Shown here: one piece after another, positions 14,571 through 26,500 of the stretch
Layout of the letters: each line of letters begins with the position of its first letter
Position numbering within the stretch: the stretch's first letter is position 1
Source: Candidatus Moraniibacteriota bacterium
GTDB lineage: Bacteria > Patescibacteriota > Minisyncoccia > Moranbacterales > UBA2206
Assembly (NCBI GenBank): GCA_037132035.1
Contig: JBAXPY010000002.1
Span: 1-40,549 of the forward strand
DNA length: 40,549 nt
Direction: 5' to 3'
The notes under the pieces: model-generated
The model's database searches: none
What the model saw: the letters and a program-made list of their open reading frames with translations, nothing else
What the model was told of the DNA's origin: nothing
Translations under genes and position numbers: made by a program

Positions 14571-17500
14571 CTATTTCTCTACACCGATCACCCAGTAATC
14601 AAAGGCGATGTCAAACTGCGCTGGCTTATCCAACTTTATCTTGAAACCAACATTATCAATTTTATCTGAAAGCACCCAATTCACCGGACTCGATCCAACT
14701 GGTGTAACAATAATCTTGGAGTCATACATCACTTTCTCATTTTTCACCAAGACCTCTTGCTGTCCAACTCGGATGATTACTGACCCCACATTATTTTTCA
14801 AAGGATCGGCGTTCTCACTAACCACATAATCCTCGGCTTTGACCTTCTTAGCTTTCACTTCCGTTGCCTCCAAATTACCAAGTCCCAAATTGACATTACC
14901 GCTAACATCTTTGTAAATCAGATTATTCATATTGAGCGCTAAGGCGAAATCAATCACAGCCTGACTTTGAGTCTGGACCAGGTCCAATTGATCCTGCAGC
15001 TTTTTCAGATTTTGGCTCAACTCACTCACACTGTCATCCATCTTTTTATTCGTCAGCGCCTGAATCTCCAACTTACCAAAAATATCTTTAAGTGCAGTTC
15101 CTTGATCAATATTATTTAAAAGATCCAAGTTTCCAGTATCAATTGCTTGAGCTAAAGGAACGTAGTTTGCCTTGGTTTCAACGCGAATATTTTTGAATTT
15201 AAGACTAGTGTTAGCTGATAGTTTAAAATAGGCTCTAAAATAATTCAAATGCTGCCAATCAATCTCTCCAGTCTTTGCGCCATCTGCGAGCGGTAATCTG
15301 ACCTGATTCCAACCGGAAAGGAAGAAGGGATGACTAGATCTGATCCATTCAATCTCTTTTTGATCTTGGATATTGCCAAGTTCAGTGTGAAAATCTTCGA
15401 GACTGGCGCTATCTTCAAGAAAAACATCATACACAAGATAGGATTGGTTTTGATCTTTGCCCGAGAGATCCAGCTGATTGGCGCTACCTAGATTAATAGC
15501 CAGCTCTTGAAAATTTTCAGGAGCATTATACTTAGCAGAAAATTGATTATTTTCAATCAATTGGTCAGTCAGAGATGAAGAAAGTTCACTGTTTGCATCT
15601 TTGAATTGATAGAACGGAAGCTCTTGGACTGGTTGACTATTTTGAGAGAGCAAGGCGTTGGCTGAACTTAGCTTGGTGCTGAGAAGATTAATCTGAGAGC
15701 CACTTGCCACGAGGTTAGTTTGGATGGAATTGATTTTTTGATTTGCAAGAGTGGTCTGATTTTGATTGTCTGTTTTGAGGAGAGCAAGTGCTTGATTCAG
15801 TTTTTGAATTTCATTATCTTGGCTATTATTTGAGTTTTGAAGAGCACTGGCAAGGATGGACAAGCTGGAGAGTTGAGTTTGCTGAGCTTTGACACCTTCA
15901 ATAAGAAGAGCGGAGAGATTGCCATAAGCGATACCATAACCATCCTTTTCGTTACCCACTACCACTTCGGGTAGGACTTTCAGCGTATCTTGAGCAATGA
16001 GACCAATTTGACGATCCGCGCCGGGATTAGACTTCCAATTGAAATAGACTCCACTGAGAGATTTGATTTTATCCAAGGGGTTAGTCACGTCCATGATGTT
16101 GGTTTTTAGTCTGGCGTCAGAAGAATGCGCCCAACCGCTAGTCGTGTACGTTCCCGTAGTGGAACCATTGTAGACGGCTAGTTTTTGGGTTGGGGTGGTG
16201 GTACCGATGCCAAGATTACCGGAAATATTAATCCGCATCGCTTCAGCCATAGCATTTGGAGCTGAACTCTTAGTGGATTGTAGAGCTACGCCTAGCTGAG
16301 ATTTAATATAACCACCACCAACATTTGTCCAAGACATATTTACGGTTGACGCTCCCGCTTTATAGGAAGTTGCTACTCCGTTACCATTATTTGCTCCGAC
16401 ATAGTTTATGAGAGTCTGACCAGAACCAACAGTAGGAGTTCCAATATCCTCAGCGCCCCCCACTACATCAATAACCATGTCATTTGTTGCTGCCGAAACA
16501 TTGGTTGAAATGCTACTCCCCCAGTTGTCAGCGACGCCACTCGTGATTCCGAAAGAATTGGTTTGATCAACGTTATAAAAGGTTTCGGCCACGGCTGACA
16601 TCTGACCGTTAGTTGAAGCGCTATGAATTGTCACATTATGCGTTCCAGTGTGAAGCTCTGAATCCTTCAGGTACCACAGCTGAACCAGCGCTGCGCTCCC
16701 TTTGCTATCTAGCAAGTGCATATCAACTCCGTCATATCGTACATACTCAATAGGGATACGCACGCTAGTAGCCACAATCAAAATTTTATTTGATTTTCCC
16801 GCATCAACGGCGTGAGAAATGGTAACAAGAACTCCCGAACCGTTGTAGCCATACGCGGAGCCAACACTGCTATTATCCAATGCAATTGGTTGCCATGACA
16901 ATCCTGGTGACGTTCTGAAAATCAAACTGCCAGAATTTCCCGTTCCTGTTCCAGCGGGCGTGTCAAGAAACATATTGGATCCAGAAATATTCGTTCCACT
17001 AGCCGCCGGGCCCTTGATATAAACATCACTTGGAGTCGCTGTGCCATTGCCAGAGCCGAAAAGAATATTTGAAGTAGCGACGTGCAGTCCAGCTTGCGGA
17101 CTAGTCGTGCCAATGCCAACATTTCCCAAAGTATAATAGATATCATTTCCTGTAGTTACCCACGAACTGCTACCTATACCACTGTCCGTCCAAGCTGTTT
17201 TGCAAACGCCAGCAATACACAACCCGGCAGCGGCGTTAATTTGTCCCAACACACCAGATCCTCTCACATCGACCTTGTAGGTTGGATTATTCGTGCCAAT
17301 ACCGATGTTGCCAGCCTTTAAATACATCGTATTGGCAACAGCTCCAGTTTCTTCACTAGTCAGAGCAGCGACTGAATTTTGGGTTAGGATAAAATTAGCA
17401 CCAGGAGTTAATCCAGTAATTCCCGTTAGAGCTTCAGCTCCTGATCCTCTGTTGATGGCATGCGCGGTTGTCCCGATATACATGGTTTGTCCGATAGGTG

Positions 17501-20500
17501 CGTAGTTGGCAATGGTCGCATAAGCTCCAGTGCCCAGTGCCCCACTAATAGTCACATTATCTTGAACTGTTAAAGTCTTGCCAGCGGCAATATTCAATGC
17601 ATTAGTTCCATTATTAGTGATTGCTAAACCATTGAATAATGGAGAAATGATAGATGTTCCAAAGTAGCCCGTTCTTGGTCTGGTGGCACCATTAGCTCCA
17701 ATATCCAAAGTGTTATCAGTAAAAAGCAAATTACCAGTCAAAGTTCCACCTCCAATAGGAAGATAGGCGCCAGAAGCTGTAAAAGCAGCACTACCTAGTG
17801 TCCCCCCGCCAGTTGGAATGGTTAAAGTAGTCCCAGCTGCTGGCCAAGTCAGTACTCCTGCCCCGCCGTTATTAGTGAAAGTCGTTGTAAAAGTAGCATT
17901 CGTGACTGTCCCAGCATTGCCCGTAACTGATCCGCTAATTGCATTAGTAACGGTAATATCAGTTGCCCAAAGTTTAGCTAGACGATTAGTGGTATCTCCA
18001 ATAGTTTGCGGAGTAGTTTGGCTTGTGAGTACTGCTCCGGCAAGAGAGGTAAGATAACCCATTCCGGTCCAAGGTGTGCCAGTTACATAGGTAGAGTTGT
18101 CATAAGAAATAGTAGTGCCGGCTATCTTAACAAAGCCTGTGCCATTGAGAGCATCTTGTTTACTAGTGGCTAGTCCGGAGTAAAGCGAGTTAGCGGAGTT
18201 GTCACCCGTATTTGTTCCTGAAACTGAAGCATCGAGAGGAACTGTGAGAGTTTTTGAGGTTGTTCCTCCGGCAATAGTGAAACCATTGGTAGCTGCGGTG
18301 AAGGTGAGAGCGTTGTATGTTCCGCCAGTGACATTGCCGGTTGAGTTGATTTGGAATTGAGAAGTGAAGCCAACGGAGAGCAGCGCAGTTGGGGAAGAAG
18401 TGCCAATTCCAACATTCCCTCCATCTTTAATCACAAATGCAGAAGCTCCAGCGTCTTTAAAATTGACGATATTGCCGGAGCCAGATTGGTTGATTGTGAG
18501 AGCATCGGAGGTTCCGTTATAGGCTGCATTAATTAAATTGCTAGAAGTGATACTACCGAGAAGATTAAGATTTCCTAATCCATTAACTTTAAATTTTTGA
18601 CTACCGCCAACTGCGACACCAAGAAGTGTATTACTTACAGCGCCGACTGAGCCGGTGTTTTCATAACCATAAGACTCTCCTGTCCACGTGCCAATCAACA
18701 AATCCTTATCCCCATCATCATCTAAATCAGCAAACGCTGGACGAGGTTTCACGGACCCGCCAACATTAGGAGTATCCCAAGAAGCCTTACGCGACCAGAT
18801 CAGAGAAAAGACGGTGCCAGTATTTTCATAGGCGTAAGATATTCCACCATATTCCCCGATTATTACGTCATAATCACCATCGCCATCCAGATCAGCTAAG
18901 GCAGGGCTAACGCCGTAACCAATATCTGGAGTATTCCAACCTGAGTTGGCCGTCCATGTTGGCAATAGAGTTGTGCCAGTGTTCCGATAGCCATAGGACA
19001 CACCGCTATCTGAACCAACCAACACATCTATCTTTCCGTCATTATCCAAATCAGCAAAAACGGGAGTGGCTGAATCTCCTATGTCAGGCAAATTCCAACC
19101 CGCCCTCGCCGTCCAAATTGGCGAAGAAATTGTTCCGGTATTTTCATAGGCGTAAGATACGCCATTATATCCACCAACCATCAAGTCATAGTCCCCATCG
19201 CCATCCAGATCAGCAAGGGCTGGCTTAACATAAGTAGAGGCACAGCCAATTATATTCCAATCTGATTTTGCAGAAAAACTTGGCGAAGAAATTATGCCAG
19301 TATTTTCATATCCATAAATGTTACTGCCAACACTAATCAGCAAATCAAAGTCACCATCATGGTCTAAATCAGCAAAAGCGGGAGAGCCCATATTACCACC
19401 AGGACTAGGCATATTCCAAGCCGATTTCGCCGTCCAACTCACAATAGGATTAGAACTATACGAAGCCGGATTAATATATAGCGAGCCATTAGAAACACCT
19501 CCTCCCATTGGAATACTTGAAAAAGTTCCCAGTCCCGCCACTTCAAATTTAGAAGTTGGCGCTGTTGTTCCGATTCCGATGTTTCCAGTATTACTACTAT
19601 ATATATCATTACCTGATGTGGTCCAAACGCTACTGCCAATTCCTGAATCAGTCCAAGCAGTTTTACAAATTCCATTAATGCACAGTCCCCCTTCGGCGTT
19701 GATTTGTCCGGCGGCGGCGATGCCTCGGACGTCTAGTTTATAACTTGCAGTAGTCGTTCCAATACCGATATTACCTAGCCCGGAGAAAGTTAGATTATTG
19801 GAAGCAAGAGCAATGTCTGTGGCAGCGGATAACGTACCGCCTAGTTTAAACGCATTGGCAGTTAATGTTAACCCATTTGTGGCAGTGTAACTTGTGCCAG
19901 ATTGTTGATCGAGTTGATATCTGGTTCCTGCGCTCGTGGCGGTAAAATATAAATGCGACCCATCAAATTCTACTGCTCCCCCTTCAGTGGCAGAGAGCAA
20001 GGTTCCGGTTGTAAATTTAAGTGGAGCTGTTCCGGCTGTGGCGGTACCAGCTTTGATGTTGAGTAATGCAGTTGGTGAGGTTGTGCCGATACCAACAAAG
20101 CCCCCGTCTTTGATCATGAAGGCAGAAGTTCCGGCATCTTTGAAATTGACGATGTTGCCGGCACCAGATTGGTTGATTGTGAGAGCGTCAGAGGTTCCAC
20201 TGTAAATTCCATTGATTAAATTATTAGCAGTAAAACTTCCGCTAAGAGTTAATTGACCAAGCCCATTAACTCTCAATTTTTCACTACCAGCCACTGCGAC
20301 ACCAAAAACAGTATTAGTAGCAGCACCAATAGAGCCAGTATTTTCATAAACACGAGTCACATAAGGAGAATATTCCCCGACCAATAAATCAGCGTCCCCA
20401 TCACTGTCTAGGTCAGCAAGAGCAGGAGCAACCCGCCCACCACTGCTATTTGGCGCATTCCAAGATGACTTCGCTGCCCAAACCGGAGAAGAAGCTGTGC

Positions 20501-23500
20501 CAGTATTTTCATAACCATAGGATATTCCATTAGAAGCATTACCAATCAACAAGTCAAAATCGCCATCACCATCTAGGTTAGCAAAAGTTGGATGAGCACG
20601 CGAACTCACGCTAGGTGTGTTCCAACCTGCTCTTGCTGTCCAAGTTGGAGAAGAAACTGTTCCAGTGTTCTCATACGCATAAGCGATACCATCAGACCTG
20701 CCAACTAACAAATCCGTTTTCCCATCATTATTTAAATCAGCAAAAGCAGGGACAGTTTCAGTAAAAATACCTGGCCCATTCCAGCCCGCCCTCGCTGTCC
20801 AAGCCGGAGAAGAAATTGTGCCAGTATTTTCATAAGCGAGAACACCACTACTATAAGATCCGACTAGCAAATCAAAATCACCATCATGATCCAAATCGGC
20901 CAAGGCAGGAGCACTGCGACCATCACCACCCGTAGGGCCATCCCAAGCTGGTTTAGCAGCCCAGCTTGGAGAAAAAGCTGTGCCAGTATTTTCATATGCA
21001 ACTACAGTTGTACTACCAGTACCTGCCAGCATATCCAAATCGCCATCACCATCCAGATCAGCGAAAACAGCATAAACATGACCGCTAATACTAGGTAGCC
21101 ACGCCGCTTTTGTCGTCCAACTAACCATCGGCGCTGAACTATAAGCGGCTGGATTAATATAGAGTGCTCCCTGCGAAACCCCCGTTCCAGTCGGAACACT
21201 GGTAAGTGTCGCTAGTCCTGCAATCTCAAGTTTCGAAACCGGAGTGGTTGTTCCAATGCCAATGTTTCCCGTATTACTACTATATATATCATTACCATTT
21301 GTGGTCCAAACGCTACTGCCAATTCCAGAATCAGTCCAAGCTGTTTTGCAAACTCCGGCAATACATAATCCTCCGGCAGCGTTGATTTGTCCGGCTGCGC
21401 CTGAGCCTTGAACATCTAGCTTGTAACTTGGTGTAGTCGTGCCAATCCCAAGATTTCCATTAAGTGTCAATCCTGCAAAAGTTGGACTGGATGTGGTGAG
21501 AAGACTTTGATTAATAGAAACGTTTGATCCACTGATGGTTAAGGTTCTTGCAGTTGTTCCGCCAAGAAGATTGAAGCCATCAGTCGCTGAAGTTAGCGTG
21601 AGACCATTATATGCACCTCCAAAAATACTACCAACGCCATTAACTCTAAATTTTTGAGAGCCTCCCACTGCAACACCAAAAAGTGTATTACTTGCAGCAC
21701 CAACCGAACCCGTGTTTTCATAGGCATACGACACGCCATTATACTCTCCAATCAACAAATCTTTATCTCCATCATTATCTAAATCAGCCAAAGCAGGAAT
21801 AACATAAGTTCCAATATCTGATACATTCCAGCTTGTTTTTGCAGCCCAAGTTGGCGCAAGAGTTGAGCCAGTGTTTTCATAGGCATTAGTAACGCCATTA
21901 TAATTTCCAATGAGTAAATCTAAATCACCATCACCATCTAAATCAGCAGCGACTGGCAAGGCATTAGCTCCAACGCTAGGAACATTCCAGCCTGATTGCG
22001 CTATCCAAACTGGCGCAAAAGTTGTGCCAGTATTTTTATAAGCATAAGTTAAGCCACCATTTTCACCAATTAATAGATCAATATCACCATCGCCATCTAA
22101 ATCAGCAAAGGCTGGAGCACAAGATGTTCCGATAGATGGCGTATTCCAACTTGGCTCCGCTGTCCAAACTGGCGTAGAAGTAATGCTAGTATTTTTATAG
22201 GCATAAGATACGCCCACATATGAACCAATCAATAAATCCACCTTTCCATCTCCATTCAAATCAGCAAATGCAGGTTTAGCGTAAGTACCAATATCAGGAC
22301 CATTCCAAGCCGACTTAGCCGACCAACTAGGCAACAAATTTGAACCAGTATTTTCATAGGCATAAGATATACCATCCATTGCACCAATTAATAGATCCAG
22401 ATCACCATCGCCATCCAAATCAGCAAAGGCTGGAGCAGCAAGCGTTCCAATATCAGGCGTGTTCCAGACAGATCTAGCCGTCCACTGCACAATCGGATTA
22501 GAACTATACGACGCCGGATTGATATACAGCGCACCCTGCGAAACCCCCGTCCCCGCCGGAATATTTGTGAGAGTCGCTAGCCCGGCAATCTCCAATTTTG
22601 AAACAGGCGTCGTTGTTCCAATTCCAATGTTTCCCGTGTTGTTGCTATAGATATCATTGCCACTTGTCGTCCAAACACTACTGCCAATTCCAGAATCAGT
22701 CCACGCAGTTTTACAAATTCCATTAATACACAATCCCCCCTCAGCATTAATTTGTCCGGCAGCTGCGGTGCCTCGAACATCGAGTTTGTAGCTAGCAGTA
22801 GTTGTGCCTATGCCGATATTACCTAGTCCGGAGAAAGTTAAATTATTAGAAGCAAGGGCAATATCCGTAGCTCTAGTTAGTGTACCACCCAACTCAAAAG
22901 CGGTGGAATTGAGGGTGAGACCGTTCGTGGCAGTGTAGGCCGTGCCAATGGCGGTGCTCCAAACGGGATTAGCGCCAATGCCTTGCGTTTTGAGAAAAGT
23001 GCCACTCGTGCCAGCAGTCAACACGGTCCAGTTAGTGCCATTGTAATACATAACATCACCTTGAGCGGGAGTGACACTGGCCATATCAGAATGGCTCGTT
23101 GAAAAAAGTTGGTGGGCTGAGCCAGGCGCAGTCGTCACCCAAGTGAAGCCTTGTGTGGCTGAGTTGTAAGTCAGAATATTACCATTTTGAGGATTAGTGC
23201 TACTTTCCAAGAGCATGCCTTCTATGATTTTGTTATTACCAATTGAAGTGATGCCAGCATTCGTAATGGCAATGTCACCGGTCATCGCTACACCAGCGGC
23301 AATATTTGAGGCATTACCAATAAAGAGACTGCCACTCGTTAGCAAGTTAGTCATTTTTCCGTTAAATGTATTCCAATCAGTATTTGATAGTGCGCCTGTA
23401 GAGGAAGTGGAAGCCAGAACCAAAGTAAACACCTGGGAGCCATCAACGGAGAGACCGTTGGCAGTCGCGTTGATTGTTGCTGGGTTATGACCAAAAGATG

Positions 23501-26500
23501 ACGTGGATGTATCACAGACTAGTCCCGATGCGGTGGAATAAACGCAGAGCTTCGTGTCAGTCATCGTGCCTTGTTTTAGGGAAAATTCTGTACCCGCTAA
23601 TTGGAGCAAATTACTAGCGGCCGCAGCATATGTTGTACCAGTCGCTGCTTGCCAAGCTGGATTAGCCCCTGCTCCATTCGTTCGCAGGAAGTTACCACTT
23701 GTGCCTGCCGTGAGAGCAGCCCATCTTGTGCCGTTGTAGTAGATCACATCCCCTTGGGCGGGAGTGATGCTGGCCATATCGGAATGAGAGGCAGAGAATA
23801 AATTATGGGCAGTGCCGGGAGCAGTCGCCACCCAAGCAAAACCACTGGTGGCGGAGTTGTAAGAAAGGATATTGCCATTGCTGGGAGTGGTCGTGCTTTC
23901 GTTTAACATGCTTTCCGTGATCTTGTTAGCACCAATACTGGTTACCCCCCCATTGGTGATGGCAATGTCTCCGGTCATCGTGATACTTGTGGCAATATTG
24001 GAAGCGTTACCAATGAAAAGATTTCCACTAGTAAGAGCGGGTGAAAGTTTACTGTTGAAAGTTTGCCAATCGGTATTATTCAGTGCTCCTGTTGTTGAGG
24101 TGGAAGCCAGTGCCAATGCTAGCTCTTGACCGTTTAGGGTTAGGCCGTTATTCGTCGCGTTAATAGTCATCGGGCTGTGACCAACGGTGGTACTGTCTGT
24201 ATTGCAAACTAAATTAGTGCCGTCATAACTGCAAATGCGTCCAGTGGTGAGCGTGCCTTCTTTCATGGAAAACGTGGTGCCAGATAATTGCAGGAGATTG
24301 CCACTCGCAGCATATGTTGTACCAGTCGCTGCTTGCCAAGCTGGATTAGCCCCTGCTCCATTCGTTCGCAGGAAGTTACCACTTGTGCCTGCCGTGAGAG
24401 CAGCCCATCTTGTGCCGTTGTAGTAGATCACATCCCCTTGGGCGGGAGTGATGCTGGCCATATCGGAATGAGAGGCAGAGAATAAATTATGGGCAGTGCC
24501 GGGAGCAGTCGCCACCCAAGCAAAACCACTGGTGGCGGAGTTGTAAGAAAGGATATTGCCATTGCTGGGAGTGGTCGTGCTTTCGTTTAACATGCTTTCC
24601 GTGATCTTGTTAGCACCAATACTGGTTACCCCCCCATTGGTGATGGCAATGTCTCCGGTCATCGTGATACTTGTGGCAATATTGGAAGCGTTACCAATGA
24701 AAAGATTTCCACTAGTAAGAGCGGGTGAAAGTTTACTGTTGAAAGTTTGCCAATCGGTATTATTCAGTGCTCCTGTTGTTGAGGTGGAAGAGAGCACAAG
24801 AGTAAGGACTTGTGAGCCATCGACTGAAAGACCATTGGCCGTAGCGCTTACAGTAATTGGAGTGTGTCCAACGGAAGCGGAAGTGGTATTGCAAACTAGT
24901 CCACTGGTTGTGGAATAGGTGCATAGTCTTGTGTCAGTCAGTGTGCCTTCTCTCAAGGAAAAAGCACTGCCAGTTAATTGGAGGAGATTGCCACTGGCGG
25001 TGTAAGTCGTGCCAGTCGCAGCTTGCCAAGTTGGATTATTCCCTGTTCCGTTTGTTCGCAGGAGATAGCCGTTCGTGCCAGCTGCGAGCGTGGTCCAGTT
25101 TGTGCCATTGTAATAGATGAAGTCCCCTTGGGATGGAGTGATGCTGGCCATATCCAAATGACTGGAAGAAAAAAGATTGTGTGATAGTCCAGGGACAGTT
25201 GGCACCCAAGCAAAACCATTCGTCGCTGAGTTGTAGGCCAAAATATTGCCATTGGCAGGAGTATTTGTGCTTTCGCGTAACATGCTTTCGGTAATTTTAT
25301 CCGCCCCGATTGAAGTTACTCCGGCGTTGGTGGTTGTGACGTCTCCGCTCATCGCAACACCCGTGGCAATATTGGAAGCATTACCGATGAAAAGTCTGCC
25401 ACTAGTGAGAGCGGGTGAAAGTTTGCTGTTAAATGTTTGCCAGTCAGTATTACTTAGTGCTCCTGTTGTAGAAGTTGAGGCTAGGGCGATAGCTAGTTCT
25501 TGACCATTTAGAGCTAGACCATTATTCGTCGCGTTGATGGTGAGTGGGCTGTGGCCAACTGAGACACTGTCCGTATCACAGACTAGGCCACTAATGGTGG
25601 AATAGGTACAAATTCGACCGTTAGTGAGCAGCCCTTCTTTGACTGAAAAAGTGCTGCCCGCTAATTGCAGTAGCGTGCCAGATCTTGTGTAGGTCGTACC
25701 AGTCGCCACTTGCCAAGTCGGATTACTATTAGCACCGTTCGTTCGCAGAAAATTACCACTCGTGCCAGCACTGAGGGCAGTCCAGTTGGTGCCGTTGTAA
25801 TAGATAACGTCTCCTTGAGCGGGAGCGATGTTGGCTGTGTCGGAATGAGCACTAGAGAAAAGATTGTGATTGGTGCCAGCTGGAGCACTCCAGGTGCCGT
25901 CCCCTCTTAGGTATTGCGCAGTAGTACCAGCAGATACGGGAAGATTGTAGGCGCCATTAATATTAAGCGCGCTGACTCTAGTTGCGCCAGTCACTTCCAA
26001 TTTGTAGCTAGGACTAGTAGTGCCAATTCCAATGTTTGTGCCATCATTGTAAAGGACACTGCTGGCAGACCAACCCAAAGAAGTGTGATAGTTAAGTGTT
26101 TGTCCCGTTGTGCCAGTCGGGAGAGTGCCACCGCCACCGCCGAGCATCGTATTACCCCAATAAAGATTACCGCTATTGCTGTAGAGACGATTGGTGGAAG
26201 TTGTGGGCACGGAACTGTCAGCCAGATAGAGGCGGTCTTTAACATCGAGACTAGTCACGTTGATTGTATCTTTGAGCGAAATGGAAACGGAACTGCTAGT
26301 CGTGACCACATTAACATTCCCCGCCCCCAAAATGGAACCAAAAGCATAGCCGGATCCATTACCCATGAGCACCTTGCCATTTTCTGGATTAGTGGTGAGT
26401 CCGGTACCTCCTTGATTTACGGGAAGAGTACCTTGAGTATCGGTACTGAATTTAATTTTGTTAGCGGTTAGTTTTTGATTGGAGAGAGTGAGATATTTTG

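Noticed and set aside
22913-25873. Possible CRISPR array or diversity-generating retroelement (template/variable repeat pair)
   Set aside because: The repeat period is 684-693 bp, in frame and coding, not 25-40-bp repeats with spacers. Differences between copies involve all base types, not adenine-specific changes. No reverse transcriptase or cas gene is in the window.
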